Positions 57,594 to 64,000 of a stretch of DNA of 64,000 nucleotides are shown here, one piece after another. How positions within the stretch are numbered: position 1 is the stretch's first letter; each line of letters begins with the position of its first letter. Position numbers and translations under genes: made by a program. Origin of the DNA: a virus; IMG/VR virus record IMGVR_UViG_3300035517_000183, positions 1-64,000 of that record. One strand, written 5' to 3'. The notes under the pieces were generated by a model. That model did no database searches, had not been told where the DNA came from, and saw only the letters and a list, made by a program, of their open reading frames with translations.

Positions 57594-58214
57594 TCAAGTC
57601 ATTGAGTCAAACCTAACTACGGACGCAATGCCGATAGCCTTAATAAACGCCTCGTAATGGCGTGGAAGTAGAGTCACGTGCGAAACTCCCGCATCGGTAT
57701 CTCTACGGCGTAACTTAAAGCAATAATCCTGCGCCATACAGACAACATCAAGTTTACGCCATTGATGGTATGGCCGTTTCGCCCAGCGTAAATGTAAGTC
57801 GGAGTTGAATACCTGCATATCCAGTAATCCCGGCTCGTCGTTGTATTCGACAAGGCCGAGATTATAGAATGACTGGCACACAGGCCACAGTACGCTTAAA
57901 TAATTGCGTCCGTATTTGCCCGCTCTGCGTATATATGCAAGGAAGCGGTTATAACAGTTCATGGCTATAATTTCACGCTGTAAAACCAACTGCCAGTAAA
58001 CAACATCATGCGAAGTGTCGTCGGTGATACGTCCGAACACTCCGGGCTGTGAGCAGTAGTCTATCCACTGACGTACTCGGCCACTGTCGTCAACCTCGTA
58101 AGCGTCGTTGACTCCAAGTTGATATACGCGCATAAACAGCCGTACAAGCATAGTCGCATCGGCGGAAGATATGCCCAACTGCCTTTCGGTGTTGTTTTTT
58201 ATACGCATAGCCAT
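57594..58214 (-). CDS. hypothetical protein
   Basis: 206-aa ORF. Confidence 0.4.
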   Translation of the reverse strand: MAMRIKNNTERQLGISSADATMLVRLFMRVYQLGVNDAYEVDDSGRVRQWIDYCSQPGVFGRITDDTSHDVVYWQLVLQREIIAMNCYNRFLAYIRRAGKYGRNYLSVLWPVCQSFYNLGLVEYNDEPGLLDMQVFNSDLHLRWAKRPYHQWRKLDVVCMAQDYCFKLRRRDTDAGVSHVTLLPRHYEAFIKAIGIASVVRFDSMT

Positions 58215-58224
58215 AAGTCAAGAA

Positions 58225-58677
58225 TTATTTGTTGTCGTTGTTATTATTATCTTCTATAATGCTGTCAAACAGAACTTCATCGGTTTTAATCTGCTCCGGC
58301 GTAGTGTTTTCGGCTTCGGATTCGGCTTTTTCAAGTAATTTCTCCGTGTATTTATTCACAGCGGCGATAATATCACCACAGAAAGACTCATCTCGGTAAA
58401 TGCCGGAAATAATTACCCAAAGCATGGAGCAGAAAGCCTTAATTTCAGATTCTCTGTCCTGCGTAACAGCAGCCAGTAAATAGCCGTAAGTAAAGCAACG
58501 CCCGTCGAGTTTCAGCCTGAAAACATCATGCTTTGGCTTGCGTTTCTCGTCGGGTAGATACTTACCGCGTAAGTCTAAGTAAGTGCCGTCGATTCGCTTC
58601 TCGTCGTAGTAAAATTCAGCCTGATAGATTCCGGTGTCAACCGAGCAAATCGGCTTGTTTTTCTTAAATTTACTCAT
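58225..58677 (-). CDS. hypothetical protein
   Basis: 150-aa ORF. Confidence 0.4.
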   Translation of the reverse strand: MSKFKKNKPICSVDTGIYQAEFYYDEKRIDGTYLDLRGKYLPDEKRKPKHDVFRLKLDGRCFTYGYLLAAVTQDRESEIKAFCSMLWVIISGIYRDESFCGDIIAAVNKYTEKLLEKAESEAENTTPEQIKTDEVLFDSIIEDNNNNDNK

Positions 58678-58697
58678 AGTGATTTAATTTTTAGAGA

Positions 58698-58988
58698 TTA
58701 ATAATTAGAAATGCGAGCGAGAACGCCCTGATAACGCTGATTTATAGCACGGTCGGTTTCAATCAAGCCCGTTATGCGTTTGATGGCAGCACTAATAGTA
58801 GAAACACTCTTACGACATAGTAACTTGGAAATTTCAGCCTGAGTCAAGCCCAGTTCGCGCGAAAGAATAAGCATAAGCACGTGCCGAGCTATCGTAATAC
58901 AACGTAGCCGAGAGTCACCGCATAAGGCCGTAAACGTCACGTTATACTCACTACAAATAATCTCAATGATTTGTTCTTTGGTTATCAT
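58698..58988 (-). CDS. small HTH protein resembling DnaA C-terminal domain IV
   Basis: DSRLRCITIARHVLMLILSRELGLTQAEISKLLCRKSVSTISAAIKRI matches the R-x-ARQ-AMYL-R-LT-S-IG-RDHSTV-KI pattern of the DnaA DNA-binding domain. Confidence 0.5.
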   Translation of the reverse strand: MITKEQIIEIICSEYNVTFTALCGDSRLRCITIARHVLMLILSRELGLTQAEISKLLCRKSVSTISAAIKRITGLIETDRAINQRYQGVLARISNY

Positions 58989-58993
58989 AATAT

Positions 58994-60544
58994 TTAAGCA
59001 TTTTCAATTAAATTACCCAAGTCGTCAGTGTCTATGCCGAGCCGACCGACACAGTATTCATAGCCGGCTGACATTCGGCGTATATTGCCGAGTTTAACGT
59101 CAAAGCCCTTACTTTTAAGCATATCGGCAATCTCCCGTCGGCGTTTAATCACCGTGTAGCCACACTCGTCGGCATAAGCGCGATACTCCTCATAAAGCGA
59201 GCCTAAAGAACGCCATCGAGGGTCTTTCTCACGCGGAGTTTCAACGCGCGTATAATTATACTCGCTCCACCAACAACGGCCACTGTTACTATGGTCTTGA
59301 AGTGCCCTTTGAGCGGCCAAAACATCCTCGCCGAGAATTATATTACCGCCGTTTCTAATCAACTTGCGATACCCCTCGTAAATCCACGTAAAAATATACT
59401 GACGCGCATCGTCAGTGGTTAACTTAAAAGCCAAATACGGGTCTTTATCTTTTTCGCCCCATTGATAGCTCGTAGTATAAATCCCCAACTGCCTACGGTG
59501 ATGACCCCAGCTATCATCCGACGACTCGGGAATCTCATTGGCGCAGCATAGAATAGGCGGAAAATCAACCGAAATAGGGTCGCCATAGTTTCTACGCCCT
59601 TGAAATTTCTCACCCGAAATAGCGCGTTTAAAATCACCGCCACTAATATCTTTGGCGTCTAAATCTCCAACAAGATTTATAAGCTTGCCCTGAAGTGCAG
59701 CGATATTAACCCTCGCATCAGAGTCTTTAAATAACTGTTTAAGCGAAAAATGGCTTATATATTCCTCACCGAAAACACCCGTAATGGCACTGGCTAAAAC
59801 CGACTTGCCGTTACTGCCGGGGCCGACAAGATAAGCAATATACTCAAACTTAACCTCGTTTCTATCCGCTAACAAAATGCCACAAAACATCTGAAACGCA
59901 TCGCGCATATCTTTATTGGGCAAAATCTCAGTGATTTTACGCTCCCAAAGACGAGCCGGATTATTATCATTCAAGCCATACTTGCTCGCATAGTCTTTGA
60001 CTAATACAGCCGAATCTTTACAGTCTATGTTAAGTGCAATATGCGGCTTATAATTAATGCTGAAATCCCTGACACGACCATCTTTTAAGTCAAAAACGCC
60101 GTTCTTAAAAGCAATATAGCGTTTATTAGGCCTATAAGCAAACTCATCAGAACTGGTAAGCGTATAACAACATATCTTTGCGATTTTTTCAGAAGCATTA
60201 TACTGATAATTAGACCCGACTTCAAGCAGCCTGAACGCACGGCGTATTAACTCTTGAAGAAATCTAATAGGATTTAAATTAATCTTCTCAAAATATGCGC
60301 CGTTATAAGCGTATATCGTCTGATTGTCATCGCCGACTAAAATCCTGCGCTCGGTGTCGTAGCATATAAAATTCTCAATTAACTCGGTTAATAATAATTC
60401 GCGCCACGGCTGATAAACTTTATCATACATTCCGAATCTACGCAACTCGGGATATTTGCCTTTGCTATGCGTGGCTTTATATTTGGCGGTCATGCTGTCG
60501 GCTAACCACCGCGATAAATACTCGTATGTCTTTGCAGATGTCAT
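58994..60544 (-). CDS. SF3 helicase (D5 / P4-primase C-terminal family NTPase)
   Basis: LVGPGSNGKS Walker A in the context typical of P4/D5-family replicative NTPases; 516 aa. Confidence 0.7.
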   Translation of the reverse strand: MTSAKTYEYLSRWLADSMTAKYKATHSKGKYPELRRFGMYDKVYQPWRELLLTELIENFICYDTERRILVGDDNQTIYAYNGAYFEKINLNPIRFLQELIRRAFRLLEVGSNYQYNASEKIAKICCYTLTSSDEFAYRPNKRYIAFKNGVFDLKDGRVRDFSINYKPHIALNIDCKDSAVLVKDYASKYGLNDNNPARLWERKITEILPNKDMRDAFQMFCGILLADRNEVKFEYIAYLVGPGSNGKSVLASAITGVFGEEYISHFSLKQLFKDSDARVNIAALQGKLINLVGDLDAKDISGGDFKRAISGEKFQGRRNYGDPISVDFPPILCCANEIPESSDDSWGHHRRQLGIYTTSYQWGEKDKDPYLAFKLTTDDARQYIFTWIYEGYRKLIRNGGNIILGEDVLAAQRALQDHSNSGRCWWSEYNYTRVETPREKDPRWRSLGSLYEEYRAYADECGYTVIKRRREIADMLKSKGFDVKLGNIRRMSAGYEYCVGRLGIDTDDLGNLIENA

Positions 60545-61735
60545 ATTGCAAATATACTGAAATTATTGTAATTATCAATAGAAAAAGCAAACAATAGTCT
60601 ACGTTTTTACGCGCCGTGTAACTTTAAGCCCAAAACAACCCAAAAACACACTGAAAACAACTGAAAATAGCCCGAAAACAAGCCGAAAATGTGCAAAATG
60701 TCGGATTTTTGCGGCGCGTTTCTGCACTAAACAAGCAAAATGCACTGTTATAACTTGCTGTTATTTAGTTGATTATATTATTTAGTGTAGTAGTTATATA
60801 AATTTATAATTTTATTTTCAACCCCGTCAAAGACTTATCATATATTGGTTCTATCGCGTATTTTTATCCAAAAATAATTACACTTGTACACAAAGTTAAT
60901 TAACTTGCTGTAAATTAATAAAATATAAGTGGTGTAGATTTAGTGTAGTATGCTTTAAAATACTCGTATTCTACACTAAAACAGCTATTTTGTAACAGAA
61001 ATGTAACGCGATTTTTTGAGTTGAAAAATTTTCAAAAAAAATTAAAAAAAAATTGTTGAGGGTGTAACCTACCACGTTTCGCGCGTATTTTTTTTATCCC
61101 TGCCACCCTTCGGCGCGTATCCGCCCCGCTTTTAACCGGGCGTGCCACTGTTAGATATTGAATATCACCTATTTACATATCGGTGACGGTCATCACTGAC
61201 GCGAAAATCGCTATTTTTTGGCCGTTTTTGGTTAACTCGCTGACGGTCAATATTTTAGACCCCTAAAATAAGTAATTTTCGGCGCCACCTTTTCACCCTT
61301 TTTCCCTTAAAATCTCCCGTCCTTTCTCCCTTGAAAATCACCCCGCCGGTCGTGCTGTCAGACTACCGGCCTTGAAAAATCCGGGCGCGAATACTTACCC
61401 GGGCGTTCATCGGCGGCGCCGTTGTTTTTCAGTCGTTCCGGCCGGCGGTCGCTTACAATATCGACGGCTTGCAATTTTCCGGCCGTTGGATTTTTCGTCC
61501 GGCGGTTGCATCGCGTTCCCGGCCGGGTCGGCCCCGGTTGGCCGTGTTTTTAGTCGACGGCGCCGGCGGTTTTTGGCTCAACTTTGACCGGTGAAACGGC
61601 GTATTTGTGTTAACACTTTTTAAGGCAAATGACTGTAAAATAATTGCTTAAAAATTTGCATGGATTTTGAAAAATCCGTAACTTAGTAGTGTTGAAAGAA
61701 ACATTAATAACTAACTAATAAAAACTCAAAGAAAA
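60545..61735. promoter_or_regulatory. 1.2-kb non-coding region: candidate origin/regulatory hub
   Basis: Seven A-tracts phased at ~10.5 bp (60631-60699). TTTAGTGTAG three times (60781, 60939, inverted at 60971). Palindrome TTGAAAAaTTTTCAA (61021-61035). TGACGGTCA twice. TCCCTT(A/G)AAAATC twice. Three GC-rich repeats TTTTTnGTC...CCGGCGGT (61426-61575). Confidence 0.45.
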
Positions 61736-62008
61736 ATGGAAACTAACAAATTAATCTACACAACTCCCTGTAACGTAACTTTCGCGCTTGAGGCTCAAAC
61801 TGTTTCGCTTAAGGCGTCCGGGTTTACATTGATTTACGACAACGACCGGAATATCCTTAACGCCATTATCGAAAGTAGCGACACAACTATTTGGGTATTA
61901 AATCAAATAGACGGAATACTCGGTGCATCGGTCAATCACGCCACTGGAAAATCTCACATCGTAACACTACGTGGTAACATTGAGCTTATCGGAATTGAAA
62001 ATTGCTAA
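61736..62008 (+). CDS. hypothetical protein
   Basis: 90-aa ORF. Confidence 0.35.
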   Translation: METNKLIYTTPCNVTFALEAQTVSLKASGFTLIYDNDRNILNAIIESSDTTIWVLNQIDGILGASVNHATGKSHIVTLRGNIELIGIENC

Positions 62009-62041
62009 TCAAAAATACTCACAACTTAAAAACTCGCAACA

Positions 62042-62377
62042 ATGAAAACTAACAAAGACTACAGTCACAAACATTTTGAAGAACTCAGTCACGCTGCATG
62101 GAATATCGTGTTAACCGCGCAAAATGACTACGACGTATATAAAAATTTAGGATGGCTACACGACTGTATTGTTAAGCGTGTACGCGCCAATAAGTCAATA
62201 AACTTTCGACAGTTAGTTGACTGTTCAACGCTTAAATCAGTTGTCGGCGTCGCTGCCTATAAAATGAGGGTTAACGGTTTTGATGACGCGGTTACGAGTC
62301 AAGATAGATTCGATGCACGTGTATATTTGGCCTACGCCGTCATTGATGGCGCCGTATATGATGCAATTAAGGATTAA
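62042..62377 (+). CDS. hypothetical protein
   Basis: 111-aa ORF. Confidence 0.4.
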   Translation: MKTNKDYSHKHFEELSHAAWNIVLTAQNDYDVYKNLGWLHDCIVKRVRANKSINFRQLVDCSTLKSVVGVAAYKMRVNGFDDAVTSQDRFDARVYLAYAVIDGAVYDAIKD

Positions 62378-62391
62378 TAAAATCAAACATC

Positions 62392-62580
62392 ATGAAACAT
62401 CTAACAACTGAAACAAGATTCGCGATTGCATTTTGCGTAACTGTCAGTGCCTTTGCACTCGCTTTAGACATCGCCACCGGGTGGCGGTTTACCAATAGCG
62501 ATGTTATAAGTGCCGGGTCAATAATCGTCGGAATATACGCCGCCGAATATACTTGGAAATGCTTAAAAAGCATAATCTAA
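62392..62580 (+). CDS. small membrane protein
   Basis: 62-aa ORF with two hydrophobic helices. Confidence 0.3.
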   Translation: MKHLTTETRFAIAFCVTVSAFALALDIATGWRFTNSDVISAGSIIVGIYAAEYTWKCLKSII

Positions 62581-62678
62581 TTAAATAGCCGCTGCCATGT
62601 GACGTTAAGTGATAGCAATAATCACGGCGGCACTAACAACTAACATAATTACTAACAACTCAAAAAAAACTTACTCAA

Positions 62679-64000
62679 ATGAAACTTACAAAACTTTACA
62701 TCAGTGGTGTTAAACCTAATGGCGGCGTCTACAACAACAAAATATCGGCGTATTACGTTGATGGAAACGACCAAACATGGCTACTACACAACATCAAAGA
62801 CTTTAACGCCGGCACGGCGCCGCTTAATAAGCGCGGGTATTTGTTTAGCACTTACGTCGGTGAAACGAAATCACCGGCCGACGTCGAACGCTTTTTTGAG
62901 CAATACTACGGCGCCATGGAATTTAATTGGGAAGGCTCCCAAAAATACGCCGAAATCGACGCGGCCAAAAGTGCATACCGTAAAACCGCTACTGCTCCCG
63001 TGGCTACTGTTTTGGCGGCGCCGACTACTACGACTGTAACGAGTTCCGCCCCCGCTTCGACCCCGGCGGCCGTTACATCTGCAATTGATACGGCCGTAGT
63101 CGATGAACCTCAACCGACTATCAGCACGACGGCACCGGCGGCGCCGGTCAAATCTACTGACCCCAATCTCAATCAACTTATAAATCTACTTTTCGGCGGA
63201 ATGAAAAGCGAGATGATAGACGAGTGTGTTAACCGTGTACTACCGACAGTCAAGGAAATAGCGGCGGCGAATGTTATCAAAAAAGAATACACTATCAAGA
63301 CTGACGAGGGTACCCGAGTGCTTCCGGCTGATACGTACCACAACGATTTTGATTTTGTACTTAACGTTGTACGGGCGGGCGTTAACGTGTACCTATACGG
63401 CCCCGCCGGCACCGGCAAAACTCACATGGCACGTCAGATTGCTAACATTTTGTGCGAAGATTTCTATTACGTAGGATGCGTATATAACCCCTACGAGTTG
63501 TTAGGGACTCAGGACATTCACGGAAACTACGTACCTACTGAATTTTACAGGGCTTTCGCTTTCGGCGGTCGTTGCTTTTTTGACGAAATAGACACTTACG
63601 CCGCCGAGTGTATGAAATGTCTAAGTGCTGCACTTTCCAACGGCTACTGTGTTTTCCCGGTTATCGGCCGCGTCGAAATGCATCCTAATTTCAAGCCTAT
63701 GGCGGCGGCTAATACTTTAGGTTTGGGGCGCGACCGTGACTATGTGGCGGCGCAACGACTTGACGCCTCAACGCTTGACCGATTCCCGGCGCGCATCTAC
63801 ATCGACTACGACGAGGAGTTAGAGTCGGCCATGGCAGACAGTCAGATTACTAACTTTATTCACGATTTACGTAAATCGGCCGCGACTCGTGAAATTAAGA
63901 TTAGGCTTTCGATGCGAGTCATCAAGGCGATGCAGGCGTATCGTAGTGCGGGTATTGCTGACGAAAAAGCCGTTGAACAAATACTATTCGCCGGTATTAG
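62679..64000 (+). CDS. AAA+ ATPase, AAA_5 (MoxR/McrB-like) family, 5'-partial (runs off the window)
   Basis: Manual translation from ATG 62679 is open to the window end. Walker A YLYGPAGTGKTHMARQIA, Walker B CFFDEIDTY, an N-terminal ~100-aa domain and a Thr/Pro/Ala-rich linker. Not in the ORF track because no stop falls inside the window. Confidence 0.7.
   Translation, partial: MKLTKLYISGVKPNGGVYNNKISAYYVDGNDQTWLLHNIKDFNAGTAPLNKRGYLFSTYVGETKSPADVERFFEQYYGAMEFNWEGSQKYAEIDAAKSAYRKTATAPVATVLAAPTTTTVTSSAPASTPAAVTSAIDTAVVDEPQPTISTTAPAAPVKSTDPNLNQLINLLFGGMKSEMIDECVNRVLPTVKEIAAANVIKKEYTIKTDEGTRVLPADTYHNDFDFVLNVVRAGVNVYLYGPAGTGKTHMARQIANILCEDFYYVGCVYNPYELLGTQDIHGNYVPTEFYRAFAFGGRCFFDEIDTYAAECMKCLSAALSNGYCVFPVIGRVEMHPNFKPMAAANTLGLGRDRDYVAAQRLDASTLDRFPARIYIDYDEELESAMADSQITNFIHDLRKSAATREIKIRLSMRVIKAMQAYRSAGIADEKAVEQILFAGI

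Noticed and set aside
61372-61587. 71-aa Arg-rich ORF in the GC-rich island
   Set aside because: The composition is driven by CCGGCGG repeats, and there is no start context. It is more likely a non-coding iteron region.
62704-63176. ORFs 62704-63039 (+) and 62871-63176 (-)
   Set aside because: They are alternative frames within the long open AAA+ ATPase frame starting at 62679, and their products are Arg/Thr-rich nonsense.
1-64000. CRISPR array
   Set aside because: No regularly spaced direct repeats with unique spacers were seen. The only arrays are the in-gene hexamer repeat and the iteron-like repeats.

Overview
The window reads as a temperate, long-tailed (siphovirus-like) phage or prophage genome organised in strand-switching modules.

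- Module 1 (1-24.8 kb, + strand): early and accessory genes.
  - A serine recombinase, an XRE-type HTH protein and a tyrosine integrase. Next to the integrase is a partial tRNA 3' end with flanking repeats, a candidate attP.
  - A divergent repressor/excisionase-like switch.
  - A RecT plus PD-(D/E)XK exonuclease pair, dUTPase, an SPFH lipoprotein and YopX.
  - A DNA-modification island (16.9-21.8 kb): a SNF2-helicase::DNA-methyltransferase fusion, a ParB-like DGQHR nuclease-domain protein and a C5-cytosine methyltransferase split into two ORFs.
- Module 2 (24.9-49.9 kb, - strand): structural and lysis genes.
  - A 1448-aa host-specificity/tail-fibre protein and two paralogous fibre proteins.
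  - An M15 endolysin with a u-spanin-like gene.
  - An 1861-aa tape measure protein and an overlapping G/GT-like chaperone pair.
  - Major tail protein, head-tail joining proteins, a 418-aa major capsid protein, a decoration-like protein and a scaffold protein.
- Module 3 (50.0-54.5 kb, + strand): a large terminase whose P-loop is interrupted by a 346-aa LAGLIDADG intein, then the portal, then facing terminators.
- Module 4 (54.9-60.5 kb, - strand): a HigA-like HTH protein, an SF3 (D5/P4) helicase, a small protein resembling DnaA domain IV, and unknowns.
- A 1.2-kb non-coding region (60.5-61.7 kb) with phased A-tracts, palindromes and GC-rich iteron-like repeats looks like an origin/regulatory hub.
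- Module 5 (61.7-64.0 kb, + strand): small genes and a 5'-partial AAA+ (AAA_5/McrB-like) ATPase running off the window.

The most unusual signal is a set of long G/C homopolymer tracts. A G9 tract sits inside the ParB-like gene, two C9 tracts sit in the spacer ORF between the split C5-methyltransferase halves, a C9 tract lies near the window start, and a C8 tract lies between the paralogous tail-fibre genes. This suggests slipped-strand, phase-variable control of DNA modification and receptor binding in a phage.

The absence of Shine-Dalgarno sequences and the presence of TAnnTTTG -7 promoter elements suggest a Bacteroidota host.
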